DNA from: a virus
Taxonomy: Duplodnaviria; Caudoviricetes
Virus record (IMG/VR): IMGVR_UViG_3300025390_000003
Location: 1 to 64,000 of that record
Strand: one strand, 5' to 3'
Length of the DNA: 64,000 nucleotides
Below the pieces are notes generated by a model. The model worked only from the letters and a program-made list of their open reading frames with translations. It was not told where the DNA came from and made no database searches. Both the position numbers and the translations under genes were made by a program. Positions within the stretch are counted from its first letter, which is position 1. Every line of letters begins with the position of its first letter. This document shows, in pieces, positions 1 through 8,991 of this stretch.

Positions 1-266
1 AAGTGCTACTGATTTGTCTTTCTTAAGTGTATCCAGTAACTGGAATAATACAACAACTACAGTAAAATCTAATAGTGCAAATTGGAATAGTGCTTATACA
101 AATTTGGTTTCTAATAGTGCTGCTTATTTAAGTGCTACTGATTTGTCTTTCTTAAGCGTCTCTTCAAACTGGAATACTGGTTATGCTTATTCTACTGCTT
201 ATAATCTAAGTGCTTCTAATTATAATAATACCTTCTCTACCGTTCAAAGTAATAGTGCGAATTGGA
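1..266 (+). repeat. Degenerate coding repeats (LSATDLSFLSVSSNWN / NSANWN)
   Basis: aagtgctactgatttgtctttcttaag occurs at 1 and at 130; aatagtgc(a/g)aattgg occurs at 71 and at 251. Confidence 0.8.
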
Positions 267-2146
267 TTTTAAATACCACAACAATATCAGGGGTAAATGG
301 GCTATCGGGTGGTGGTAATTTATCAACAAACCAAACACTTTCTTTGGATTTTACCAGATCAAATATTTGGACTGGACAACAAACATTCAATACTACTAAT
401 GCGTCAACAGTAGGGAGTATAATTAAAGGGACAACATCACAGACAGCAGATTTATTACAATTTCAAAATAGTGCAGGTTCAGTAATGCAAAAAATCAAGG
501 CAGACGGAACAACAACCATAATAGGAACATCTGCTACAGAAACGCCGATATTGGGGTCTGAATTGTTGACTACTGCTCAATGGACTTCAGCAAATTGGAC
601 TGGAAATTTCACAACTGGATTTTCTCATATATCTTCAGCAACAATCGATTCATTAGTAAGTAATATATCCGCCGTAAAATCTTTATATTATACATTAAAT
701 ATAACAATTTCAAATAGAACAGCGGGATCAGTAACTATGAATTTTGGTGGATTATCATATCCAACCATAATATCTTCTAATATATATGCAGATATATCAA
801 CATCCACATCACCATTTATTATAATACCAACTAACGATTTTTCTGGAACTGTTATTGTATCCGTAAAACAAATAATAGCCCCATCCAATCCAATTTTATC
901 GGTTATAGATAGTTTAGGAAATACCATAAATGAAATAAGAACTGGTGCATCAACACGATATAGTACATTTATAGGAGTCGCTGCTGGCGGATATCATACA
1001 AAAGTATTATTTCCTGTAGGCGCATCAAACAATGCATTTGGTTATACTGCATTACAACATCTTACTATGGGTACACAAAATGATGCTTTTGGTTCTGGAG
1101 CAGGAACGAGTATTACTTCAGGAAATAATAATGTTTGTTTTGGGTATTTTGCTGGAAATGGTATTACCACAGGTGGAGATAATGTATGTTTAGGCGCATA
1201 TTCTGCACCAATAAATAATGGGAGCTATAATATATCTATAGGAGCATATTCATCACAAAGCAACACTACTGGAGGATATAATACATCAATTGGTAATTGT
1301 GCAAGTAATAAAAATACTGTTGGTAATTTTAATGTATCTATGGGAAATGGAAGTTTATTTTCAAACCTTAGTGGAGGTTTCAATATAGCATTAGGGAACA
1401 CATCATTATATACCAGTCTTGGTAATAATAATATAGGACTTGGCGCACAAGCAGGGTATTTTTGGACTGGTTCTAATATGTTATTTGTTGATTCGGTTGC
1501 TAATTACAATAGAAAAACTGTAGCAGATAATCTATCAGCATCAATTATTACTGGTGTTATGGCGGTAAGCCCCGTTAATCAAATTCTCACATTCAATGCG
1601 TTAGTTGGTATTAATGCACAATCACCTTCTGCACAATTCCAAATAAATCCCATAACAACGTCAACAGTCGGACAGATTATCAGTTCTATATCAGGACAAA
1701 CAGCGGATTTATTACAATTTAGAAACAATGCGGGAACAATATTAGCAAACATTAATAATAGTGGTGCGTTATCCGCAGCAAGTATAACTAAAACTGGTGG
1801 AACTGCTTCACAATTCCTTAAAGCGGATGGTAGTGTCGATAGTAATACATATTTGACATCAAGTGGTGGATTAACATTAGCATATACAGCACAAACTGCA
1901 AATTATGGAATACAATCTACTGATTATCTAATAAATTGCACAACAAATTCATTTAGTGTTACGTTGCCATCAGCTACGAGTATTGCAGGTAAAGTGTATA
2001 TAATCAAAAATTCTGGAACTGGAAACATTACAATATTAACGACATCATCACAAACTATAGATGGACAATCTAGTGGGTATTGGATTATATCTAACAAAAA
2101 TTCGATGGAACTAATGTCTGATGGTGCAAATTGGATAATAACGTAA
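1..2146 (+). CDS. Tail fibre / adhesin-like protein, N-terminus outside the window
   Basis: The frame is open from the window edge. It has S(A/S)NWN repeats, two copies of 'QTADLLQF.N.AG', N-x-A/S-x-G beta-roll repeats and a C-terminal 'VTLPSA...KVYIIKN...TIDG...SDGANWII' fibre domain. Confidence 0.75.
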   Translation, partial: SATDLSFLSVSSNWNNTTTTVKSNSANWNSAYTNLVSNSAAYLSATDLSFLSVSSNWNTGYAYSTAYNLSASNYNNTFSTVQSNSANWILNTTTISGVNGLSGGGNLSTNQTLSLDFTRSNIWTGQQTFNTTNASTVGSIIKGTTSQTADLLQFQNSAGSVMQKIKADGTTTIIGTSATETPILGSELLTTAQWTSANWTGNFTTGFSHISSATIDSLVSNISAVKSLYYTLNITISNRTAGSVTMNFGGLSYPTIISSNIYADISTSTSPFIIIPTNDFSGTVIVSVKQIIAPSNPILSVIDSLGNTINEIRTGASTRYSTFIGVAAGGYHTKVLFPVGASNNAFGYTALQHLTMGTQNDAFGSGAGTSITSGNNNVCFGYFAGNGITTGGDNVCLGAYSAPINNGSYNISIGAYSSQSNTTGGYNTSIGNCASNKNTVGNFNVSMGNGSLFSNLSGGFNIALGNTSLYTSLGNNNIGLGAQAGYFWTGSNMLFVDSVANYNRKTVADNLSASIITGVMAVSPVNQILTFNALVGINAQSPSAQFQINPITTSTVGQIISSISGQTADLLQFRNNAGTILANINNSGALSAASITKTGGTASQFLKADGSVDSNTYLTSSGGLTLAYTAQTANYGIQSTDYLINCTTNSFSVTLPSATSIAGKVYIIKNSGTGNITILTTSSQTIDGQSSGYWIISNKNSMELMSDGANWIIT

Positions 2147-2159
2147 CATAAATATAACT

Positions 2160-2265
2160 ATGAGCTACTTTAATACGATATCAACTGTCTATAGGATCAA
2201 ACGGAGAGAGTATAATTGATTTAACATCATTAGACATATACATAAACTTTTCAGAGGATATATAA
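2160..2265 (+). pseudogene. Possible deletion remnant of a gene
   Basis: TAAATA at 2149 plus ATG at 2160 gives only 19 aa. The +1 frame stays open to TAA 2265, just before the next ATG. Confidence 0.3.
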
Positions 2266-2268
2266 TTT

Positions 2269-2583
2269 ATGGCAATACAAAAAATAACAGACTTAGGAAA
2301 CGGGTATACCGCAGAATATTATCGTATTATAAGATTTAACACTTTAATTAATAGTAATACTGAAATTGTTCTTGCTCTATATAAAGACAAAGCAACAAGA
2401 GATATAAATGATAATGGATATGTAACAGTAAAATATTTTACTATGAACATACCTAAAGAAGTCTTAATTTCTGGTAATATGTTTACATATGCATATCAAC
2501 AAATAATGTTACCAAATCCATTAACAAATGAAGATGGCAGTATAACAGAACAAAATTTCTTTGCGGATGCTATAATAGTTTAA
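2269..2583 (+). CDS. Hypothetical protein, possibly fibre-associated chaperone
   Basis: 104-aa ORF just downstream of the fibre gene; the call is positional only. Confidence 0.5.
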   Translation: MAIQKITDLGNGYTAEYYRIIRFNTLINSNTEIVLALYKDKATRDINDNGYVTVKYFTMNIPKEVLISGNMFTYAYQQIMLPNPLTNEDGSITEQNFFADAIIV

Positions 2584-2585
2584 TT

Positions 2586-3029
2586 ATGGTTATTAACTAT
2601 GATCCCAATATTTATGGAACATTCTTAGAAGGGTTCGTAATTTCTGCTGTGCCTCAACCTACAAATGTAACTCCGACATTTGCAACAATTGGAGTGTCAA
2701 AAGATTTAATTATATCAGGAAAAAGTTTCTTTAGAATTGGTTCCGTATACCTTTCTGGTTCTCCATATACGCCATCAAGCACAATATATAATCCATTTTC
2801 TGCGTATCATACATTATCTGCCAATTATCCACCATTTAATGCATTACAAATATCCACAAGTTCGATAAATGTTAATTCTGATAGCCAAATAACAATAACC
2901 ATTCCACCACCTTCTGCAACAGGATATTTTGATATTATAATTCAAAATTTGGCAGGATACGGAAAATTATCAGAGTTTAGTGAATATTATCAAAATGGAA
3001 TTTTAGCATATATTGATAATAGCATTTGA
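2586..3029 (+). CDS. Ig-like (IPT/TIG-type) virion protein
   Basis: 'IISGKSF...SDSQITITIPPPSATGYFDIIIQNLAG' resembles an IPT/TIG beta-sandwich. Confidence 0.55.
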   Translation: MVINYDPNIYGTFLEGFVISAVPQPTNVTPTFATIGVSKDLIISGKSFFRIGSVYLSGSPYTPSSTIYNPFSAYHTLSANYPPFNALQISTSSINVNSDSQITITIPPPSATGYFDIIIQNLAGYGKLSEFSEYYQNGILAYIDNSI

Positions 3030-3082
3030 AACATTACATTTTTTAGTTAAATAATTGTTAATACTAAACAGTAAATAATATA

Positions 3083-5425
3083 ATGATACAGAAACCTTAC
3101 GCACCCGCCGCAATACCATCAGGAGGACAATACCCACAAACACAGGGATTTCCACAGACTTCTCTATTAGGCGCATTTGTTTCTAAATTACCTTACGCAT
3201 ATCAGATTATTGATACAATGGTAAGAAAAAATCCAAAATATGAGATTTTTAGAGATGTAACACCAAGAAGAGATGATTTAATTGGCGATGAATCTATTTT
3301 TATATCACAACCAAACGATCCAAATCTCGCTGGTAATCCTTCTGGTAATATAATAATAAATAAAGATTATCAAGCTTTTGTTTACGCTAATGTCGATAAA
3401 GATAAAACAAATCGTTTGATGGATTATCGAAGAATGTCCTCTTATGCTGAAATGTCGGATTGTTTAGATGAAATTTGCGACGAATGTATTGTAAAAGACG
3501 AAAATGATAATATCGCAACTTTCCAATTAAGAGGCGAATACTCACAAGAAGCAAAAGAAAAAGTAGAGAAGGAATTTAAAAGATTCGTAAACATTTTCGA
3601 TTTAGAAGATTCAGGATGGGAATATTTTAGACAGTTTTTAATTGACGGTGAAGTATTCTTTGAAAATATTATAGACGAAGAACGTCCTGAATTGGGTATT
3701 GTTGGTGTTGTGAATATTCCTTGTGAGTTGATAAATCCTGTATATGCAAACACACAAAATGAAATAATAAAAGGATATTTACTAAACAAACCAATAATCC
3801 AACCAGTAAATAGCATAAACAAACAAAACAAAGAAGAATTGTTGTTTCTACAAAAGAGTCAAGTTACCTATGTGCATTCCGGTATTTGGAACGAATTTAA
3901 AACCATTCGTTTGCCATATATAGACAATGCAAAACGAGCTTATAGACAATTATCATTAATAGAAGATAGTATTGTTATATATCGATTAGTAAGAGCACCT
4001 GAACGTTTAGTATTCAAAGTTTTTACAGGAAATATGCCAGCACCCAAGGCAGAAGCATATTTAAAACGCCTCATGCAGCAGTATTGGTCTAGAAAAAATT
4101 ACGATACTACAAATGGAGGAACGGGACCGGGTGGAGGACGAGTAACTAATGTATACGATCCACAGAGTATGTTGGATTCTTATTGGTTCCCAAAAGATGC
4201 ACAAGGTAATGGAACTGATGTAACTACGTTACCTGGTGGATGTTTAGCAATGGATACAAAAATTCCATTATTAGATGGCAGAACATTAACATTAACCGAA
4301 CTAACAAAAGAATACAATGAAGGAAAACAGAATTGGGTATATAGCACAAATCCAGATAATGGAGAAATAGTTCCTGGATTAATTTCATGGGCTGGTATAA
4401 CACAAAAATCTGCAAAAGTTATGGAATTGACTTTTGATAATGGAAAAACATTAATTGTTACCCCTGATCATAAATTCCCAATTTTAGGAAAAGGGAAAGT
4501 TGAAGCTAAAGATTTGATAATTGGTGAAAGTATGATTCCGTTCTATACTAAAGAAGAACCCACGAATAACAATCGATGCTTAATATCTGTAAAATACTTA
4601 GATAATCATATTGAAGTTGGAACCCTAACTATTGATAAAGAAGAAGAATACCATAACTATCACACTTTTGCGACAGATTGTGGGGTATTCACTTATAATA
4701 GTAATTTGGGTCAGCTTGATGATCTAAATTATTTCCTTAAAAAACTATATAAAGCAATGAAGGTTCCTGCTAATCGTTTTATTACTGATGCAGGTGGCGC
4801 AGCAAAATTCACGGATGGTACAGAAATAACTAGAGAGGAATTACGTTTTGCGCGGTATATTATTCGTATACAGAGACAATTTGCTACTAGTATTCGTGAT
4901 TCTTTCATAGTTCACTTAAAATTAAAGAAACTTTGGAAAGAATTAAAGCTTCGTGAACGTGCAATTAATGTAGAAATGAACGTTCCAACTTCTTTCATGG
5001 CAATGAGAGAACAAGAACTCTTAAAACTTAAATTTGAAAACTTTGGAACCGCAACACAGAACCAATCAATGGCACCTTCTTATGCACAAAAGTATTATTT
5101 GGGATTAACGGATGAACAGATGCAGGAAAATAGAGAATGGTTAAGAAAAGATGCTGCATTAGAATGGGAATTGACACAAATTAAGGCAAGTGGTTCAAAT
5201 TTCAGAGAACAAATTGCGGCAGCAGCAGGACAAGCAACACCAGCAGGAGGTTCTGAAGGTGGAATGGGTGGAGGAGGAGGCGCATCAGGAGGAGAAATAC
5301 CACCAGAAGCAGGAGCATCAGAAACACCACCTGAATTTGGATCAGGAGATGTAGCACCAGAAGTAGGAACAGCACCAGAGGCTACAGAAACGCCGGAAAC
5401 CCCACCCGCAACTCCTACAGCATAA
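3083..5425 (+). CDS. gp20: T4-like portal vertex protein (gp20) containing an intein
   Basis: Portal motifs: 'EDSIVIYRLVRAPERLVF', 'TLPGG..NLGQLDDLNYFLKKLYKAMKVP', 'EITREELRF'. Confidence 0.95.
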   Translation: MIQKPYAPAAIPSGGQYPQTQGFPQTSLLGAFVSKLPYAYQIIDTMVRKNPKYEIFRDVTPRRDDLIGDESIFISQPNDPNLAGNPSGNIIINKDYQAFVYANVDKDKTNRLMDYRRMSSYAEMSDCLDEICDECIVKDENDNIATFQLRGEYSQEAKEKVEKEFKRFVNIFDLEDSGWEYFRQFLIDGEVFFENIIDEERPELGIVGVVNIPCELINPVYANTQNEIIKGYLLNKPIIQPVNSINKQNKEELLFLQKSQVTYVHSGIWNEFKTIRLPYIDNAKRAYRQLSLIEDSIVIYRLVRAPERLVFKVFTGNMPAPKAEAYLKRLMQQYWSRKNYDTTNGGTGPGGGRVTNVYDPQSMLDSYWFPKDAQGNGTDVTTLPGGCLAMDTKIPLLDGRTLTLTELTKEYNEGKQNWVYSTNPDNGEIVPGLISWAGITQKSAKVMELTFDNGKTLIVTPDHKFPILGKGKVEAKDLIIGESMIPFYTKEEPTNNNRCLISVKYLDNHIEVGTLTIDKEEEYHNYHTFATDCGVFTYNSNLGQLDDLNYFLKKLYKAMKVPANRFITDAGGAAKFTDGTEITREELRFARYIIRIQRQFATSIRDSFIVHLKLKKLWKELKLRERAINVEMNVPTSFMAMREQELLKLKFENFGTATQNQSMAPSYAQKYYLGLTDEQMQENREWLRKDAALEWELTQIKASGSNFREQIAAAAGQATPAGGSEGGMGGGGGASGGEIPPEAGASETPPEFGSGDVAPEVGTAPEATETPETPPATPTA
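4241..4699 (+). mobile_element. Mini-intein (153 aa, no homing endonuclease) in the portal
   Basis: Block A CLAMDTKIPLLDG, block B TPDHKF, C-terminal GVFTYN followed by Ser. Removing it restores TLPGG-SNLG. Confidence 0.93.
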
Positions 5426-5442
5426 TTGGTTAAATAATATAT

Positions 5443-6306
5443 ATGGCAGTTTTACCGTCAGGTTCAGGATTTCGTGGAGGAACATCACTAAATACAAGCA
5501 TTTCGTGTTATGATGATCTAGCTTTACGTATTAAACATCAATTAGGATATCCACTAATCAACATTGAAATATCGAATGAACAATTATTTGATAATATTTC
5601 AAATGCTATCGAATATTTTACTAAATGGGCTGGATATACTGAAGAATTCTTAGTGTTTGATACCAAGAAATATGTTAGTGGGGTGGGTATTGATATTGCA
5701 ACACTAATAAATCAAACACCAGAAATGTATAGTAGTATGGTTTCAGGACTTTCTACAGGCTTTGATTATGATTTGAATGTTTATCGAAAGGTTGTTGATT
5801 GTTTTTCATTTGATATGGGGGAATCTACTGGTATTAACACACTTTTCTCAATGGAACAAGCAATGGCACAACAAATTTATTCTTCCTATATGATTGGCAA
5901 CTTCGGATTTGATCTTACAAGTTGGCAAGTATTAAAAGGATGGATTGATACTAGAAAAAGAGTATTAGCACAAACCCCACACTTTAGATTCGATAATAGA
6001 ACACAAATATTGCGAATTATTCCTGAACCAATACCAACAGAATCATATTTAGGACTTGTTGGATGCTACTTAGAACGTCCTATTAGAGATTTAGTAAGAG
6101 AACTGTGGGTGCAAAAATATTCTTTGGCTTTAAGTCGTATTTCTGTTGGTGCCGTACGTGAGAAATTTTCCGGGACCACCTTATTCGGTGGAGGAACTAT
6201 TAGCACTTCTATATTAGCACAAGGATTTCTCGAAAAAGATGCACTCGAAAAAGAATTAATGAACTCTTATCAGGACAATTTACCCCCCTTATTTTTTCTC
6301 GGATGA
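5443..6306 (+). CDS. gp13: Neck / head-completion protein (gp13-like)
   Basis: 'LGYPLINIEI...QL...I..AIEYF' N-terminus and 'WVQKYSLAL...KFSGTTLFGG...PPLFFLG' C-terminus. Confidence 0.85.
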   Translation: MAVLPSGSGFRGGTSLNTSISCYDDLALRIKHQLGYPLINIEISNEQLFDNISNAIEYFTKWAGYTEEFLVFDTKKYVSGVGIDIATLINQTPEMYSSMVSGLSTGFDYDLNVYRKVVDCFSFDMGESTGINTLFSMEQAMAQQIYSSYMIGNFGFDLTSWQVLKGWIDTRKRVLAQTPHFRFDNRTQILRIIPEPIPTESYLGLVGCYLERPIRDLVRELWVQKYSLALSRISVGAVREKFSGTTLFGGGTISTSILAQGFLEKDALEKELMNSYQDNLPPLFFLG

Positions 6307-6314
6307 TTTTAAAA

Positions 6315-6824
6315 TTAAATTTTATCTTTCAATATATAAACTTCTGTGTAATCACCAATTGCTTCTTCTAATGCATTAAGTTTATGCATAGCATCTTTTC
6401 TTGAAGTTACATTCACATAAACATCAAAAACAAAAGTCTTTCCATGTGATGCTTTCTTTTTTGTTACATCCGTTCCCCTATCTTCAATAGTAAATTCACC
6501 ATCACCTATTTTACCATCCAAAGCTGGAATAATTATTTTAGTTCCAAAGGGAAATTTTGGATGTGCGGCGATTGTTATTCCTTCTTTTGCCCTTCCTTTA
6601 ATAGATGATGCGATTCTATCCCCTCCAGCTTCTCTTTTATGATAAAACGTAATTCGAGCAACCATTTTTTGTTGAATTGCTGATAAAGGAGGAACGGAAT
6701 TCTGATGCATATGTTTTTTAAACTCTTTATAGTTAAATGCCTTGTTATTACCACTTTTCATAGAAGCACAAGAGCATAAAAAGAGTGATAACATCGATAT
6801 TAATATGTAATTTATTGTTTTCAT
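6315..6824 (-). CDS. 3D-domain (MltA-like) lipoprotein, putative lytic transglycosylase
   Basis: Signal peptide with lipobox-like LCSC. 'RITFY...TIAAHPKFPFGTKIIIP...IEDRG...FDVYV' matches the 3D domain pattern. Confidence 0.75.
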   Translation of the reverse strand: MKTINYILISMLSLFLCSCASMKSGNNKAFNYKEFKKHMHQNSVPPLSAIQQKMVARITFYHKREAGGDRIASSIKGRAKEGITIAAHPKFPFGTKIIIPALDGKIGDGEFTIEDRGTDVTKKKASHGKTFVFDVYVNVTSRKDAMHKLNALEEAIGDYTEVYILKDKI

Positions 6825-6918
6825 ACCTAGGTTTTATTTATCCAAACCTCCAATTTTAACAAAAATTTAAAAAAATACAAGAAAATTCTCACTTTACATA
6901 TAAATACATACAAATAAG

Positions 6919-6926
6919 TATAAATA
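6919..6926 (+). promoter_or_regulatory. T4-type late promoter TATAAATA (one example of >20 TAAATA sites)
   Basis: Exact T4 late consensus ending 5 nt before the gp21 ATG at 6932. Confidence 0.75.
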
Positions 6927-6931
6927 ATAAC

Positions 6932-7606
6932 ATGGGATTAAAATTCATAGTAGAAGACGTTCACGAAGATATTGACTTCTTAGTAGAAGAACAAAATAAA
7001 ACTGGTGAGAGAAAAACTTTCATAACTGGTCCTTTCATGATGGCTGGTAGTCCAAATGGTAATGGACGTATTTACAACATTGATGAAATGGTTAGTGAAG
7101 TGGATCGATATACAAAAGAAATGATTTCATCTCGCAGAGCAATTGGAGAAATGAATCATCCACAAAGCACAGAAGTAAATCCAGTTAATGCATGTCACGT
7201 TGTTGTCGAGTTAAAGCGTAATGGAAACTATTTTATGGGAAAATCACAAGTATTATCCTCTCCTATGGGTAAATTACTTGAAAGTTTCATTCATGATAAA
7301 ATCAAACTTGGTATTTCAACTAGAGGATTAGGGCATATTGCAGAATCAAGTGGTGGAAAAAATGTATCCAATTTCCGTTTAATTTGTTTAGACGTAGTTC
7401 ATCAACCATCAGTTCAAAATGCGATGTTAGAATCAGTAATGGAAAGTAGAGAATGGGCAATACGTCCTGATGGTTCTATTATCGAATGTTCAATGGATGC
7501 ATATAAAAATTTAGATAAAAATTTAAAATCTATTCCAAATAAAATGCGCGACGAATATTTAAAAGAACAACTTTTAAAATTCATCAATGCAATTAAAGCA
7601 GCATAA
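6932..7606 (+). CDS. gp21: Prohead core protease (gp21)
   Basis: 'NGNGRIY', 'GEMNHP', 'LGISTRGLG', 'DVVHQPS' catalytic motifs. Confidence 0.95.
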   Translation: MGLKFIVEDVHEDIDFLVEEQNKTGERKTFITGPFMMAGSPNGNGRIYNIDEMVSEVDRYTKEMISSRRAIGEMNHPQSTEVNPVNACHVVVELKRNGNYFMGKSQVLSSPMGKLLESFIHDKIKLGISTRGLGHIAESSGGKNVSNFRLICLDVVHQPSVQNAMLESVMESREWAIRPDGSIIECSMDAYKNLDKNLKSIPNKMRDEYLKEQLLKFINAIKAA

Positions 7607-7614
7607 ATAATATT

Positions 7615-7770
7615 ATGAATAACCAAGAAAAACAAGCAATACAACAATTCATAGCACATATGTCTGTAAAAGATTATGCAAAAGCAGAGAAATCTTTACA
7701 AAATGCTGTGGAAGAAAAGCTAAAAGAAATAATTCGTAAAGAAACTGCCTCTCCAAACGAAGAAAAATAA
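7615..7770 (+). CDS. Small prohead core protein (gp67/gp68-like), not in the ORF track
   Basis: 51-aa helical ORF MNNQEKQAIQQFIAHMSVKDYAKAEKSL... between gp21 and gp22, with TAAATA at 7604. Confidence 0.65.
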   Translation: MNNQEKQAIQQFIAHMSVKDYAKAEKSLQNAVEEKLKEIIRKETASPNEEK

Positions 7771-7799
7771 CACAAAAAGGTTAAATAAATTTATACACC

Positions 7800-8939
7800 A
7801 TGAAGAATTTCAAAGAACTCTTAAAAGAACAGTTTACAGACTTAAGCGAAGATTCCTTAATTGCTATCAACGAAGCCTTTGATTCCGCAGTTGAAGAAAA
7901 GGCAAAGCTTCAAGTCGAATCTGCTATCATCACAAATGAAGAAGCACAAACTAAAGCAATCAATGAATTAAAAGAATCTATTGATGCTGACCATACTGAA
8001 AAATTAGAAAAATTAGTAGAAGCTATCGATCAAGACCACGCTTTCAAATTCGAATCTGCAATTTCCAAACTTGACGAAAAACATGCTGGTATGTTGAAGG
8101 AAGCAATGGCAGCAATCGACGAAGATCATGCTGCAAAATTCCAACAAGCATTAGATCGCATTGACGAAGAACATACTACAAAAATGTCAGAAGTAGTTAC
8201 TGCTATTGACGCTGACCATGCAAAGAAATTTAAATTAGCATTCAATAAATTAGACGAATCACACACCAACAAATTACAATTAGTGATCGATAAATATGAA
8301 TCACTATTAAAAGAAGAAGCTGTTGCATATAAAGAAAGCATCATTGAAGACATTGATGGTTATATGAACGTTTATTTAGAAAAATTGATCCCTAAAGATC
8401 AAATCTCGGAAGCCGTTGCAAACATCAAGGCTAAAAAAACTTTGAACCAAATTAGAGACTTAGTTTCCATCAGTGAAGAATATATCGACACTGAAGTTAA
8501 AGAAGCACTCCAAGATGGTAAAAAAATAATTAATTCTTTGAAAAAGGAATTGAACGAAGCACTTAAAAGCAATGTTGAAGTCAACAAGAAGTTGAACCAA
8601 ACAGAAGCTGCTTATTTGCTTGAACAAAAAACAAAAAATTTAGCAGACGCTACAAAGGCGCATGTTAATAAGCTACTTAGAAATAAGTCACCCGAATTTA
8701 TTCAGGAAAACTTTCAGTATGTAGTTGAGATGTTCGAAAAAGAAAGCATCGAAAAAGAAGAAGACGCAAAAGAAAAGATTATGTCAAAACGAATCAATGA
8801 TTCGATAGACCGTCCTGAATTTGTGTTCGAAGCTGAAACGATAGCTACTTATCCAACTGAGAAGGAAACCTCTCCTGTTGGGGGATATCTGAACGAGATG
8901 AAGAAAAAAGATGGGGGTAGATTAAGTTTTACTCGCTAA
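7800..8939 (+). CDS. gp22: Prohead core scaffolding protein (gp22)
   Basis: Acidic coiled-coil between protease and capsid genes; 'FDSAVEEK', 'IDGYMNVYLE'. Confidence 0.85.
   Translation: MKNFKELLKEQFTDLSEDSLIAINEAFDSAVEEKAKLQVESAIITNEEAQTKAINELKESIDADHTEKLEKLVEAIDQDHAFKFESAISKLDEKHAGMLKEAMAAIDEDHAAKFQQALDRIDEEHTTKMSEVVTAIDADHAKKFKLAFNKLDESHTNKLQLVIDKYESLLKEEAVAYKESIIEDIDGYMNVYLEKLIPKDQISEAVANIKAKKTLNQIRDLVSISEEYIDTEVKEALQDGKKIINSLKKELNEALKSNVEVNKKLNQTEAAYLLEQKTKNLADATKAHVNKLLRNKSPEFIQENFQYVVEMFEKESIEKEEDAKEKIMSKRINDSIDRPEFVFEAETIATYPTEKETSPVGGYLNEMKKKDGGRLSFTR
7980..8294 (+). repeat. Seven tandem 15-aa (45-bp period) repeats [IL]DxxH in the scaffold
   Basis: IDADH/IDQDH/LDEKH/IDEDH/IDEEH/IDADH/LDESH are spaced exactly 15 aa apart. 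Confidence 0.9.
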
Positions 8940-8991
8940 TCGCTTTATACTCAATTTAAAGGTCGAAAAAAGGAAAAAAATACACAAAACT

